Assembly: GCF_900187275.1 (NCBI RefSeq) | Contig: NZ_LT906458.1 | Span: forward strand, 2,040,001 to 2,072,000 | Length of the DNA stretch: 32,000 bases | Reading direction: 5' to 3' | Origin: Pasteurella multocida | Lineage (GTDB): Bacteria; Pseudomonadota; Gammaproteobacteria; Enterobacterales; Pasteurellaceae | Part shown: in pieces, positions 1 to 10,865 of the stretch | Position numbering within the stretch: position 1 is the first letter of the stretch | Layout: each line of letters starts with the position of its first letter | Notes under the pieces: model-generated | Databases searched by the model: none | Seen by the model: only the letters and a program-made list of their open reading frames with translations | Told to the model about the DNA's origin: nothing | Made by a program: the position numbers and the translations under genes

Positions 1-213
1 AACTAATCGACCGTCAGCCACATAACTCGATACCTCACTTTGTGGACGGCTATCGCGTACAGTGACAAACACGACCGCACTTTGATTGACTGCCATCGAC
101 GCAACCGGTGCGGGTGGGGTGAAGGTTAAAGTAGAAGGCTGTGTTTGGCAACCTGCGAATAACAGACTTCCTGCGAGAATCGTAAGAAGAGAAAGAGTGT
201 GGTGTCGTTTCAT
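1..213 (-). CDS. Lipoprotein, YajG-like; N-terminal 71 codons only, the gene continues past the left edge
   Basis: Reverse-strand ATG at 213-211 translates to MKRHHTLSLLTILAGSLLFAGCQTQPSTLTFTPPAPVA..., a signal peptide with lipobox LFAG|C. The frame stays open to position 1. It is divergent from bolA, as yajG is in E. coli. It is not in the ORF track because it is truncated. Confidence 0.55.
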   Translation of the reverse strand, partial: MKRHHTLSLLTILAGSLLFAGCQTQPSTLTFTPPAPVASMAVNQSAVVFVTVRDSRPQSEVSSYVADGRLV

Positions 214-334
214 AATGTCCTCATAAAATAAACGGTAGCTGCCCTTTGGGGACAGCAAAGGAGAAAAGTGGATAGATATTATTCTTGCAAAGTTAATGAG
301 GAATGTATAGCCTTTATACCCTAAATTTATTGAA

Positions 335-661
335 ATGGTGAGGAACAAGATGTCAAAACAACAAGAATTGATTACACGCTTAACGGAAGCATTTGAGCCA
401 CATTTTTTGGTCGTAGAAAATGAAAGCCACATGCATAGTTCAGGACGCGGCGCAAATTCTCATTTTAAGATTGTGTTAGTCAGTGAACATTTCGATGGGT
501 TAAGCAAAGTTGCTCGCCACCGTCAACTTTATCAATTTTTGGCAGATGACTTAGCACAAGGTATCCATGCTTTAGCATTACATCTTTATACCAAAGAGGA
601 ATGGAACCACCGAGAAGAAAGCATGCCGAAATCGACGAATTGTGTCGGGATTGGACACTAA
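335..661 (+). CDS. bolA: BolA family transcriptional regulator / Fe-S-linked morphoprotein
   Basis: The 108-aa ORF contains ...FLVVENESHMHSSGRGANSHFKIVLVSEHFDG...RHRQLY...HALALHLYTKEEW, which is colinear with E. coli BolA as I recall it. The true start may be the ATG at 350 (MSKQQ...). Confidence 0.85.
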   Translation: MVRNKMSKQQELITRLTEAFEPHFLVVENESHMHSSGRGANSHFKIVLVSEHFDGLSKVARHRQLYQFLADDLAQGIHALALHLYTKEEWNHREESMPKSTNCVGIGH

Positions 662-673
662 TTTCAAGCAATC

Positions 674-715
674 AAAAACCGCACTTTCAGTATAGATGAA
701 AAGTGCGGTGTTTTT
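674..715. terminator. Bidirectional rho-independent terminator built from an inverted USS pair
   Basis: AAAAACCGCACTTT (674-687), an 11-nt loop, then AAAGTGCGGTGTTTTT (700-715). A 10-bp stem is flanked by an A-run and a T-run. It lies between convergent bolA (+) and the binding-protein gene (-). Confidence 0.8.
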
Positions 716-730
716 GGTAGAACAAGTTAT

Positions 731-1675
731 TTAATATTCTTGTGCTTTCTGTTTATCAACGACTACCGGATCAACGTAATAAAAATCAGGCAGTTCCTGT
801 TTGTTTAATTTTTTCAAAATACTTTCGATAGCCACGGCAACTTGTTTTTTCGGGAGCTGGTCGATGGTATTTTGCATTTTACCTTTTTTCACGTATTCAA
901 TCGCAAGGGGAATACCGTCGTAACCTGAAACAAGGACTTTTCCTGCTAATCCGGCATTTTCAATCGCGGTGACTGCACCCAGTGCCATATTATCGTTCGC
1001 CGCAAAAATCCCTTTGATATTCGGATGTGCGGTTAAAATATTGGTTGTGACATTAAGTGCTTGTTCTGTTTCCCAGTTTGCAGACTGAGAAGCGACAACT
1101 TTGATATTTGGTGATTCAGAAAATGCTTTGAGCGCACCTGCTTTACGTTGTTCGCCATTATCCACACCAGGAATCCCTTCTAAAATAGCAACATCCCCCA
1201 TTTCGTTTAAGGCTTGTGCTAGATTTTTAGCCGCCAAATAACCACCATGGAAGTTATCGACACCAACGTAATTAAATTTTAACCCAGCTTTCTTCGTTGC
1301 TTTTTCATCTAAACGAACATCGAGATCGATAATCGGAATCCCGGCTTTTTCAGCTTTTTGAAATGCCGGAATAAAGGCGATAGAATCATTTGGGGTAACA
1401 ATGATGCCATCCACTTTTTTGGCAATCATGTTTTCGACTAGACCCACAAGCTGTTCTGTTGAATCTTCCTTTTCTGCAACTTGTACAATTAAATCAATAT
1501 TTACCTCTTTTGCTTTTTCTTCCGCTCCTTGTCGCATTGTAATGAAATATTCATTACTTAATGTTTTCATGAGTAAGGCAATTTGAGGTTTTTCTGCAGC
1601 TAGCGTAGTACCGGATAGGGCGATGAGTAAGGCGCTTGCCGTGATCGTTTTCTTCAAAAATGTTGACATCATCAT
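731..1675 (-). CDS. Periplasmic sugar-binding protein of a CUT2 (ribose/allose-type) ABC transporter, AlsB-like
   Basis: The 314-aa ORF has a signal peptide (MMMSTFLKKTITASALLIALSGTTLAA|EK). Type-I periplasmic binding fold motifs are present: LLMKTLSNEYF, VDGIIV, IDLDVRLDEK..KKAG, AILEGIPG..NGEQR, ANDNMALGA, GYDGIP. The DLDxxLD..KKAG segment resembles E. coli AlsB more than RbsB, from memory. A strong SD (GAGAGGAGAGA) precedes the ATG. Confidence 0.85.
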   Translation of the reverse strand: MMMSTFLKKTITASALLIALSGTTLAAEKPQIALLMKTLSNEYFITMRQGAEEKAKEVNIDLIVQVAEKEDSTEQLVGLVENMIAKKVDGIIVTPNDSIAFIPAFQKAEKAGIPIIDLDVRLDEKATKKAGLKFNYVGVDNFHGGYLAAKNLAQALNEMGDVAILEGIPGVDNGEQRKAGALKAFSESPNIKVVASQSANWETEQALNVTTNILTAHPNIKGIFAANDNMALGAVTAIENAGLAGKVLVSGYDGIPLAIEYVKKGKMQNTIDQLPKKQVAVAIESILKKLNKQELPDFYYVDPVVVDKQKAQEY

Positions 1676-1735
1676 CTCTCTCCTCTCAGCGTTAAATAAG
1701 GAAACTTTAGTATAGACAGATTAAAATGATCAAAC

Positions 1736-1751
1736 TGTGATGTCATTCACA
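1736..1751. promoter_or_regulatory. CRP (cAMP receptor protein) binding site, perfect core TGTGA-N6-TCACA
   Basis: The sequence TGTGATGTCATTCACA matches both consensus half-sites exactly. It lies in the 126-141 bp divergent control region between the binding-protein gene and the ATPase gene. Confidence 0.7.
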
Positions 1752-1801
1752 TTTTTTAGACAGGGTTTAAATTATGCTATGGGTGGGAATACCTGTAAAG
1801 A

Positions 1802-3313
1802 ATGTGGATTGACGTTATGACGCAGAGAGATTGTATTTTAAAGTTAAAAAATATCGGCAAAAGCTTTTTTGATGTACTGGTATTGAAAAACGTGGATCTT
1901 GATATTTATGCGGGTGAGGTTCACTGTTTAGTGGGTGAAAATGGCGCAGGAAAATCTACATTATGTAAAATAATTGCAGGTATTTATCCATTTGAGCAGG
2001 GTGAAATGTTTTATGAAGGAAAGTCTTATTTTCCTAAAACAGTGAAAGAAGCGCAGTCTTTAGGCATCGGATTTATTCATCAAGAATTGATGTTAGTGCC
2101 GCAGTTATCCGTCTTGGAAAACATTTTTCTAGGGAATGAAAAAACGGTATTTTGTGGAAAAATGGATTGGCAAACGATGCGTCATAAAACGCAGCAAATC
2201 ATTAGTGAATTGGAGTTAGACATTGATCCTGATGCGAAAGTAGCGGATCTCTCCATCGCACAGCAACAAATGGTTGAGATTGCAAAAGCCGTATTTAGTG
2301 AATATAAAGTGATTATTTTTGATGAGCCAACCTCTTCAATTTCGCGTAAAAATACACAAACCCTGTTTAAAATTATTCATCAATTAAAAGAAAAAAATGT
2401 TGCAATGATTTATATCTCTCACCGTCTAGATGAATTTCAATACATTGCGGATCAAGTGACGGTTTTAAGAGATGGGATTCGAACCGGTACCATGGCATAT
2501 CGCGACACTTCTCCTGATGAAATCGTCAAATTAATGGTAGGGCGGGAAATTAATTTTGCTGAATATCATCGTCATTATTTACCAACACGAGAAGTTTTGC
2601 GCGTCGAGAGTTTAACGAATAAACATATTAAAAGCAGTTCTTTTTCTTTATATGAAGGTGAAATACTTGGTTTTGCGGGATTAGTGGGCGCTGGACGTAC
2701 AGAGTTATTACGAGCTATTTTTGGTGCAGATGAGGCTAGCGGAGCGATTTATCTCAATGCGCAACGGGTGGAAATTCGTTCGCCAGAAGATGCTGTGAAA
2801 CAGAAAATAGGTTTTATTACCGAAGACCGGAAGCAACAAGGCTTAATTTTAGGACTCAGTATTCGAGAAAATATTACGTTACCGATTTTAAAGCGCTTTT
2901 GGAATGGCTTATTTTTAAATAAAAAGCAAGAGCGCTTAGTGGCAGAAGAAAATCGGCAAAAACTCCGGATTGTTTCACATAGCCAAGACCAAATCAGCCA
3001 AACCCTTTCAGGAGGCAATCAACAAAAAGTGATTATTGCTCGTTGGCTCGAAAGTGGTGTTAACATTCTGTTTTTTGATGAGCCAACACGGGGTATCGAC
3101 GTGGGGGCGAAATCCGAAATTTATGATCTTATGCGACAGTTTACCGATAACGGTGGGGCGATTGTAATGGTTTCTTCGGATCTGCCTGAACTGATTACGA
3201 TGTCAGATCGTGTTATCGTGATGCGACAAGGTGAGATTGTGCGCGAAGTAAAAGATAAAGCAGAAATGACAGAAGAGAATTTAATGCGTTTAATGATTGG
3301 TGTAGATGAATAG
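1802..3313 (+). CDS. Sugar ABC transporter ATP-binding protein with duplicated ABC domains (RbsA/AlsA type)
   Basis: The 503-aa ORF has Walker A GENGAGKST, signature LSIAQQQ and Walker B IIFDEPTS in the first domain. The second domain has GLVGAGRTE, LSGGNQQK and LFFDEPTRGID. An alternative start is the ATG at 1817 (MTQRD...). Confidence 0.9.
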   Translation: MWIDVMTQRDCILKLKNIGKSFFDVLVLKNVDLDIYAGEVHCLVGENGAGKSTLCKIIAGIYPFEQGEMFYEGKSYFPKTVKEAQSLGIGFIHQELMLVPQLSVLENIFLGNEKTVFCGKMDWQTMRHKTQQIISELELDIDPDAKVADLSIAQQQMVEIAKAVFSEYKVIIFDEPTSSISRKNTQTLFKIIHQLKEKNVAMIYISHRLDEFQYIADQVTVLRDGIRTGTMAYRDTSPDEIVKLMVGREINFAEYHRHYLPTREVLRVESLTNKHIKSSSFSLYEGEILGFAGLVGAGRTELLRAIFGADEASGAIYLNAQRVEIRSPEDAVKQKIGFITEDRKQQGLILGLSIRENITLPILKRFWNGLFLNKKQERLVAEENRQKLRIVSHSQDQISQTLSGGNQQKVIIARWLESGVNILFFDEPTRGIDVGAKSEIYDLMRQFTDNGGAIVMVSSDLPELITMSDRVIVMRQGEIVREVKDKAEMTEENLMRLMIGVDE

Positions 3314-4349
3314 GTATTGTATGACAAATTTAAGAAAAATTTTCTCAAAATTAGGCATCGGTATCATTTTACTGTTAATGATTATTGGTATGTCGTTAAG
3401 TTCCGATGTGTTTTTGTCCACGAATAATATTATCAATATCTTATTACAGGTTTCGATTATTTGTGTCATTTCTGTTGGTATGACGTATGTCATTTTAACC
3501 GGTGGCATTGATCTGTCAGTTGGCTCTATTGTCGCACTCAGTGCCGTTTGTTTAGGGGTTTTTACACATTGGGGAATGGATTGGTTAGGTGAAAATCCTT
3601 CAAGCTTTTCTGTCTTAATGATGGTCATTAGCGCGATTATCGCAACAATTTTTGTTGGTATCCTTTGTGGTTATGTTAATGGATTAGTGATTGTGTATGG
3701 TAAAGTGACGCCTTTTATCACAACATTGGGCATGATGGGTATTGCGAGAGGACTTGCGTTAACCATATCAGATGGCAAAACTATCTATAATTTTCCAGAT
3801 ACATTGCGTTTTTTAGGAAATGGGCGTATTGCACTGACGGAAACATTTGCGCTCCCGGTACCCGTTATTATTGCGTTACTTGTCGTGTTAGTGAGTTTTT
3901 ACGTGCTAACACAAACGATGTTTGGTCGACAGATTTATGCGTTAGGCGGAAACCGTGAAGCAGTTCGATTGTCCGGTATTAATATTGAGAAACTTGAAAT
4001 TAAAGCTTATGTGATTAATGGCGCATTAGCGGCAATTGGTGCCATCATTTTAGTTGGACGTTTAAATGCGGCACAGCCTATCGCTGGAAACGGTTATGAA
4101 TTAGATGCTATCGCTGCAACCGTGATAGGCGGGACAAGTTTGATGGGCGGCGTGGGATCTGTGGTCAGTACTTCTATTGGGGCGCTTATTATGGGGGTGT
4201 TACAAAATGGGCTGACGTTATTGAACGTCACCTCGTATTTGCAACGCTTGATTATTGGTTTAGTGATTATTTTAGCGGTATTTTTAGATCAATTACGTCG
4301 TGGCGAAGTATCAACACGCCGTTTGAAACGGTTATTTTTTAGAGAATAA
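3306..4349 (+). CDS. Sugar ABC transporter permease (RbsC/AlsC type)
   Basis: The 347-aa ORF is polytopic and hydrophobic. It carries typical CUT2 permease motifs: GGIDLSVGS, ITTLGMM.IARG, GGNREAVRLSGINI and AIAATVIGGTSL.GG.G. It overlaps the ATPase stop by 8 nt. An alternative start is at 3321. Confidence 0.9.
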   Translation: MNRYCMTNLRKIFSKLGIGIILLLMIIGMSLSSDVFLSTNNIINILLQVSIICVISVGMTYVILTGGIDLSVGSIVALSAVCLGVFTHWGMDWLGENPSSFSVLMMVISAIIATIFVGILCGYVNGLVIVYGKVTPFITTLGMMGIARGLALTISDGKTIYNFPDTLRFLGNGRIALTETFALPVPVIIALLVVLVSFYVLTQTMFGRQIYALGGNREAVRLSGINIEKLEIKAYVINGALAAIGAIILVGRLNAAQPIAGNGYELDAIAATVIGGTSLMGGVGSVVSTSIGALIMGVLQNGLTLLNVTSYLQRLIIGLVIILAVFLDQLRRGEVSTRRLKRLFFRE

Positions 4350-4377
4350 TGTTTTGTTCAGCAAAGACAAATTTGTC

Positions 4378-4416
4378 AGCCTAGCTAATGATATGTCAGT
4401 GAGCTAGGCTTTTTTA
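4378..4416 (+). terminator. Rho-independent terminator of the ABC transporter operon
   Basis: AGCCTAGCT (4378-4386), a 15-nt loop, AGCTAGGCT (4402-4410), then TTTTTATTTT. Confidence 0.8.
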
Positions 4417-4894
4417 TTTTGCCAAATTTTACTTTTCATCGGTAACGAAAGCGTGCGTATTCCATGAAAAATGTGTGTTGAGATAACAAAATGTATCTGA
4501 ACGCTTCTTTTTTCTTATCTAACCCTTTATAAGTAAATTACTTGTACTCATTAAGAGTAAAACTTGACCTTCTTCAAAAAAAAAGATTTTTTTTACTAAA
4601 AATTCAGAAAAATAGGGTGCGAAAGTGGCACCAAGGTTATTATTTAGTTAAAATAAGGCGTTTTATTTTATCAAAATTTTAACGTTTGTATTTTGAACAA
4701 TTTTCTTTGGCTAAACCGTTCAAAATAGGGACGACAAACAGAATTTGAGTTTTAATTTATGTGAAATGAGGTGAGTGATTGTAGTTGCTTTGAAAGCGTT
4801 TGCATGATCTTGCTGAAATCATTACTCAAGACGAGGTTATAGTGCTAGTCACTGTAACTATATTTTTAATCTGACTAAAAGTAGTGCAAACAAT

Positions 4895-6235
4895 ATGATT
4901 ACGATTAAAAAAGGCTTGAATCTTCCTATTTCGGGAAGCCCAGAGCAGGTAATCCGTGATGGCAATGCTATCACTGAAGTTGCTTTGCTTGGTGAAGAGT
5001 ATGTGGGAATGCGCCCTTCAATGAAGGTGCGTGAAGGTGATGTTGTGAAAAAAGGCCAAGTGCTTTTTGAAGATAAAAAGAACCCTGGTGTGGTTTTCAC
5101 AGCCCCTGCAAGTGGTACTGTAACTGCGATTCATCGTGGTGCTAAGCGAGTTTTACAATCTGTAGTAATTAAAATTGAAGGTAATGAACAAATTACTTTT
5201 GAAAAATATACAACAGAACAATTAAACCAACTTACTTCAGAGCAAGTTCGTCAAAATTTACAAACTTCTGGATTATGGACCGCACTTCGTACGCGTCCGT
5301 TCAGTAAAGTGCCTGCCGTCGATGCCACACCCGTATCGATTTTCGTGAATGCGATGGATACCAATCCATTATGTGCCGATCCACAAGTGATCGTGCAACA
5401 ATCTGCGCAAGCTTTTGAAGCGGGTCTGACTGTATTAAGTCGTTTACATGAGGGGAAAGTGTACCTGTGTAAAGCGGCGAATGCGAGCATTCCAAGCCCA
5501 AGCATTGCCAATCTTGACGTGAAAGAATTTGCGGGTCCACATCCAGCTGGGTTAAGTGGTACGCATATTCACTTTATTGATCCTGTGAGTGCAACCAAAT
5601 TTGTTTGGTATATCAATTACCAAGATGTGATAGCAGTGGGTAAATTATTTACCACAGGTGAATTAGATGTTTCACGCGTAGTGTCCTTAGCTGGTCCACA
5701 AGTGAAAAATCCAAGATTAGTACGTACCGTATTAGGTGCAAACCTTTCCCAATTAACAGCGAATGAAGTGAAAGACGGTGAAAATCGCGTGATTTCAGGT
5801 TCAGTATTAAGTGGTGCAAAAGCTGCAGGTCCTGTTGATTATTTAGGTCGTTACGCATTGCAAGTTTCGGTACTTGAAGAAGGTCGTGAGAAAGAATTTT
5901 TAGGTTGGATCATGCCGGGTGCGAATAAATACTCACTTTCACGCACGGTGTTAGGGCATTTCTCTAAAAAATTATTTAATTTTACCACCGCACTTAATGG
6001 CGGTGAGCGTGCGATGGTACCTATCGGTGCTTATGAGCGTGTGATGCCATTGGATATTATTCCAACATTATTACTGCGTGATTTGGCAGCAGGCGATACC
6101 GATTCTGCACAGGCGTTAGGGTGTTTAGAGCTAGATGAAGAAGATTTAGCCCTTTGTACCTTTGTTTGCCCTGGTAAAAATGAATATGGTCCGCTCTTAC
6201 GTCAAGCCTTAGATAAGATCGAGAAGGAAGGTTAA
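4895..6235 (+). CDS. nqrA: Na+-translocating NADH:quinone oxidoreductase subunit A
   Basis: The 446-aa ORF starts [15 protein letters not shown].. and continues [40 protein letters not shown], the hallmark NqrA N-terminus. It is the first gene of a six-gene nqr array. Confidence 0.97.
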
Positions 6236-6237
6236 AA

Positions 6238-7470
6238 ATGGGTTTAAAACATTTTATTGAAAAAATTGAACCTGCGTTTTTACCGGGTGGTAAATATGAG
6301 AAATGGTATGCATTATTTGAAGCAACCGCCACCTTCTTATATACCCCAGGTACAGTCACGCACAAAGCTTCTCACGTACGTGATGCGTTAGACTCGAAAC
6401 GCATGATGGTGTTAGTGTGGTTATCTTTATTCCCTGCGATGTTCTACGGTATGTATAACGTGGGTGCGCAAGCGATTTTGGCGACAGACGCGTTAGGCAC
6501 TCTGCAACAAGCCATTTCAGGTCATTGGCAATATGCGTTAAGTCATGCGTTAGGTGCAGATTTGACCCTGTCAGCGGGTTGGGCAAGTAAGATGTTGTTA
6601 GGGGCAACTTACTTCTTACCGATTTACTTGACTATTTTCTTAGTGGGTGGTTTCTGGGAAGTGCTTTTTGCGATGGTACGCAAGCATGAGATTAACGAAG
6701 GTTTCTTTGTGACCTCTATCCTGTTAGCACTTATCGTTCCACCAACTTTGCCATTATGGCAAGCTGCGTTAGCAACGACATTTGGTGTGGTTGTGGCAAA
6801 AGAAATTTTTGGTGGTGTCGGTAAAAACTTCATGAACCCCGCATTAGCTGCGCGTGCCTTTTTATTCTTTGCTTATCCAGCACAAATTTCAGGTGATACG
6901 GTATGGGTTGCCGCAGATGGTTTTTCTGGCGCAACCGCGCTTTCACAATGGGCTGTGGGTGGTGAAGCTGGCTTGAAACATGTGGTAACAGGTCAACCAA
7001 TCACCTGGATGGATGCCTTCATTGGTAACATTCCGGGATCTATCGGTGAAGTATCGACTCTAGCATTGATTATTGGTGCGGCGATTATTGTGTTTGCACG
7101 TATTGCCTCTTGGCGCATCATTGCGGGTGTGATGATCGGCATGATTGCCACTTCTGCCTTATTTAATCTTATTGGTTCAAGCACAAATCCATTATTTGCA
7201 ATGCCTTGGTATTGGCACTTTGTGTTAGGTGGTTTCGCATTAGGGATGTTCTTTATGGCAACAGACCCCGTTTCTGCGGCATTCACCAACAAAGGAAAAT
7301 GGTGGTACGGTATCTTAATTGGTGCGATGGCGGTATTAATCCGTGTGGTTAACCCAGCGTATCCAGAAGGTATGATGCTGGCTATTTTATTTGCTAACTT
7401 GTTTGCGCCAGTATTCGATTATTTAGTGGTCCAAGCAAATATCAAACGTCGGAGAGCTCGCAATGTTTAA
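6238..7470 (+). CDS. nqrB: Na+-NQR subunit B (covalent FMN)
   Basis: The 410-aa polytopic ORF contains the flavinylation motif [10 protein letters not shown]. It starts 3 nt after the nqrA stop. Confidence 0.97.
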
Positions 7471-8245
7471 GAATAAAGATAGCGTTGGCGGAACACTTCT
7501 CGTCATTATCCTTTTAAGCTTAGCTTGTTCTATTATTGTGGCAGGTTCAGCCGTCTTGCTGAAACCAACACAAATCGAACAAAAAGAACTGGATAAGCAG
7601 AAAAATATTTTAAGTGTTGCCGGTTTATTACAGCCAACAACCAAAAATAGCGAAATCAAAACGATTTATGCAAACAATATTGAAGCCCGTTTAGTGGATT
7701 TAAACACGGGGGATTTTGCTCCTGCACAACCGGGTTTTGATGCAGCAAAAGCAGTGAAAAATCCAGCAGAAAGTACCGCACTTTCCGCAGAAGATGATGT
7801 GGCGGGTATCCGTGTACGTGCTAACTTCGCGGAAGTGTATCTGGTCAAAAATGATGCGGGTCAAGTGACACAAGTGGTTTTACCGTTCTACGGTAAAGGC
7901 TTATGGTCAATGATGTATGGCTTTATGTCCGTTCAGCCAGATGGCAACACAGTTAATGGCATCACTTACTATGATCAAGGTGAAACACCAGGATTGGGTG
8001 GTGAAATCGAAAACCCGAAATGGCAAGCACAGTTCCCAGGTAAAAAACTATACACCGCAGATAACCAAGTCGGTTTATATGTGGGTAAAGGTGCCTCAGC
8101 AAATGCTGAACATGGGATTGATGCAATTTCAGGGTCAACATTAACCAGTAATGGTGTCAACAATTCATTTAAATTCTGGTTAGGTCAAAAAGGTTTTGGT
8201 CCTTTCTTAGCAAAACTGAAAGCAGGAGTGTTGAACAATGGCTGA
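7463..8245 (+). CDS. nqrC: Na+-NQR subunit C (covalent FMN)
   Basis: The 260-aa ORF has a single N-terminal TM helix. The FMN attachment motif is [12 protein letters not shown]. It overlaps nqrB by 8 nt. Confidence 0.95.
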
Positions 8246-8864
8246 TACTAAAAAGTTAAAAGGCTTGTTGCTATCGCCAGTGATGGACAACAACCCGATT
8301 GCGTTACAAATTTTAGGGATTTGTTCTGCGTTAGCGGTAACAACTAAATTAGAAACGGCAATTGTAATGACGTTTGCGGTAATTTTCGTTACGGCATTCT
8401 CAAACTTATTTATTTCTTTGATCCGTAACTATATTCCAAACAGTGTACGTATTATCGTGCAAATGGCGATTATCGCCTCGTTGGTTATCTTAGTTGACCA
8501 AATCTTACGTGCTTATGCCTATGGTTTATCAAAACAACTTTCGGTTTTCGTGGGCTTGATTATTACTAACTGTATCGTTATGGGACGAGCAGAAGCCTTT
8601 GCGATGAAATCACAACCACTAGAAAGTTTCGTTGATGGGATTGGTAACGGCTTAGGTTATGGCGCAATTTTAGTGTCAGTTGCCTTTATCCGTGAATTAA
8701 TTGGTTCAGGCAAATTATTTGGTATGACGGTATTCCAAACTATCCAAGATGGTGGTTGGTATCAAACCAATGGTTTATTCCTACTTGCACCAAGTGCGTT
8801 CTTTATTATTGGTTTTATTATTTGGGGTATTCGTACCTTAAAACCAAATCAGGTGGAGAAGTAG
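8238..8864 (+). CDS. nqrD: Na+-NQR subunit D
   Basis: The 208-aa ORF is a RnfE/NqrD-type membrane protein (NNP..LQILG.CSALAVT, ITNC.V.GRAEAFA). It overlaps nqrC by 8 nt. Confidence 0.95.
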   Translation: MADTKKLKGLLLSPVMDNNPIALQILGICSALAVTTKLETAIVMTFAVIFVTAFSNLFISLIRNYIPNSVRIIVQMAIIASLVILVDQILRAYAYGLSKQLSVFVGLIITNCIVMGRAEAFAMKSQPLESFVDGIGNGLGYGAILVSVAFIRELIGSGKLFGMTVFQTIQDGGWYQTNGLFLLAPSAFFIIGFIIWGIRTLKPNQVEK

Positions 8865-8867
8865 TTT

Positions 8868-9464
8868 ATGGAACATTATATTAGCCTTTTCGTTAAATCC
8901 GTTTTTATCGAAAACATGGCACTTTCTTTCTTCTTAGGGATGTGTACTTTCCTTGCTGTATCGAAAAAAGTGTCTACTGCATTTGGTTTGGGGATTGCGG
9001 TTATCGTTGTATTAGGTATTGCGGTACCTGTAAACCAATTAGTGTATAGCTTTATCTTAAAAGACAGTGCATTAGTTCAAGGTATTGATCTCAGTTTCTT
9101 AAACTTCATTACCTTTATCGGTGTGATTGCCGCATTAGTTCAAATTCTTGAGATGGTATTGGATAAGTATTTCCCTGCACTTTATAACGCGTTGGGGATC
9201 TTCTTACCATTAATTACCGTAAACTGTGCGATTTTTGGTGGGGTATCCTTCATGGTTCAACGTGATTATACCTTTGTTGAATCCGTTGTATACGGTATTG
9301 GCGCAGGGACGGGTTGGATGTTAGCCATTGTTGCGCTTGCAGGCATCACGGAAAAAATGAAATATGCTGATGTACCAGCAGGGTTACGTGGTTTAGGCAT
9401 TACCTTTATCACTGTAGGTCTGATGGCACTTGGTTTTATGTCATTTTCAGGTATTCAGTTGTAA
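8868..9464 (+). CDS. nqrE: Na+-NQR subunit E
   Basis: The 198-aa ORF is a RnfA/NqrE-type membrane protein ([31 protein letters not shown]). Confidence 0.95.
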   Translation: MEHYISLFVKSVFIENMALSFFLGMCTFLAVSKKVSTAFGLGIAVIVVLGIAVPVNQLVYSFILKDSALVQGIDLSFLNFITFIGVIAALVQILEMVLDKYFPALYNALGIFLPLITVNCAIFGGVSFMVQRDYTFVESVVYGIGAGTGWMLAIVALAGITEKMKYADVPAGLRGLGITFITVGLMALGFMSFSGIQL

Positions 9465-9479
9465 GAAAGGGGATACAGA

Positions 9480-10703
9480 ATGGAAATTACTCTTGGTATT
9501 GCAATGTTCACCGTTATCGTTTTGGCTTTAGCAGTCATTATCTTGTTTGCTAAATCAAAATTGGTTAATTCGGGTGACATTACAATTGAAATTAATGACG
9601 ATCCAAGCAAAGCAATTCATTTGCCTGCGGGGGGCAAATTATTAGGTGCGCTGGCGAGTCAAGGCATCTTCGTTTCTTCCGCTTGTGGCGGTGGTGGTTC
9701 TTGTGGGCAATGTATCGTTAAAGTCACCGAAGGGGGTGGCGATATTCTACCGACTGAACTTTCACACATTTCAAAACGTGAAGCAAAAGAAGGTTATCGC
9801 CTTTCTTGCCAAGTGAATGTGAAAAACAGCATGAAGGTCGAATTGCCAGAAGAAGTCTTTGGGGTGAAAAAATGGGAATGTACCGTTATTTCTAATGATA
9901 ACAAAGCGACTTTCATCAAAGAACTGAAATTAGCGATTCCTGAAGGGGAAGAAGTACCATTCCGTGCAGGTGGCTATATTCAGATTGAAGCAGAACCGCA
10001 CACTGTCGCTTATAAAGACTTTGATATCCCAGAAGAATATCATGAAGATTGGGATAAATATAACTTATGGCGTTATGTGTCTAAAGTGGATGAGCATATT
10101 ATTCGTGCATACTCCATGGCTTCTTATCCGGAAGAAAAAGGCATCATCATGTTGAACGTGCGTATTGCAACGCCACCACCAAATAACCCAGACGCGCCTC
10201 CTGGTCAAATGTCCTCGTACATTTGGTCACTCAAAGCAGGTGATAAAGTGACTATTTCTGGTCCATTCGGTGAATTCTTTGCGAAAGAAACCGATGCCGA
10301 GATGGTGTTCGTCGGCGGTGGTGCGGGTATGGCGCCAATGCGTTCACACATTTTTGACCAATTAAAACGTTTGAAATCTAAACGTAAAATGTCATTCTGG
10401 TATGGTGCACGTTCTAAACGCGAAATGTTCTATGTGGAAGATTTTGACACCTTACAAGCCGAAAATGATAACTTCGTATGGCATGTGGCACTTTCTGATC
10501 CACAACCGGGTGATAATTGGGACGGCTACACTGGCTTTATTCATAATGTGCTTTATGAAAACTATCTGAAAGATCATGAAGCGCCAGAGGATTGTGAATA
10601 CTATATGTGTGGACCGCCAATCATGAATGCTTCCGTGATTAAGATGTTAAAAGATCTTGGTGTGGAAGATGAAAACATCTTATTAGATGACTTTGGTGGT
10701 TAA
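9480..10703 (+). CDS. nqrF: Na+-NQR subunit F (2Fe-2S ferredoxin, FAD and NADH domains)
   Basis: The 407-aa ORF has an N-terminal TM helix. It carries the 2Fe-2S motif [10 protein letters not shown], the FAD motif RAYSMAS and the NAD motif [11 protein letters not shown]. Confidence 0.97.
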   Translation: MEITLGIAMFTVIVLALAVIILFAKSKLVNSGDITIEINDDPSKAIHLPAGGKLLGALASQGIFVSSACGGGGSCGQCIVKVTEGGGDILPTELSHISKREAKEGYRLSCQVNVKNSMKVELPEEVFGVKKWECTVISNDNKATFIKELKLAIPEGEEVPFRAGGYIQIEAEPHTVAYKDFDIPEEYHEDWDKYNLWRYVSKVDEHIIRAYSMASYPEEKGIIMLNVRIATPPPNNPDAPPGQMSSYIWSLKAGDKVTISGPFGEFFAKETDAEMVFVGGGAGMAPMRSHIFDQLKRLKSKRKMSFWYGARSKREMFYVEDFDTLQAENDNFVWHVALSDPQPGDNWDGYTGFIHNVLYENYLKDHEAPEDCEYYMCGPPIMNASVIKMLKDLGVEDENILLDDFGG

Positions 10704-10726
10704 GCCAGCTTGCTCTTAGCATGATT

Positions 10727-10773
10727 AAAGTGCGGTCGGATTTTACGAATTTTGTAAAGGTTGACCGCACTTC
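10727..10773 (+). terminator. USS-pair hairpin after nqrF (attenuator or weak terminator)
   Basis: AAAGTGCGGTC (10727-10737), a 25-nt loop, then GACCGCACTT (10763-10772). Only a weak T tract follows (TTCCATTTC), so it probably gives partial termination ahead of apbE. Confidence 0.5.
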
Positions 10774-10865
10774 CATTTCAGAAAATTTGAAAATTTGGTT
10801 TTTATATTGCAATCCATATTGGAAAATCCAAACTTGCAAACTTTTTAAAATAGAAAGGATTTACA

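Noticed and set aside
4636-4650. ArcA-box-like GTTA-N7-GTTA direct repeat upstream of nqrA, considered as a stand-alone regulatory call.
   Set aside because: Only the two GTTA cores match the 15-bp consensus, about 9 of 15 positions. In a region this AT-rich, such matches are expected by chance. It is kept only as a note within the long-leader finding.
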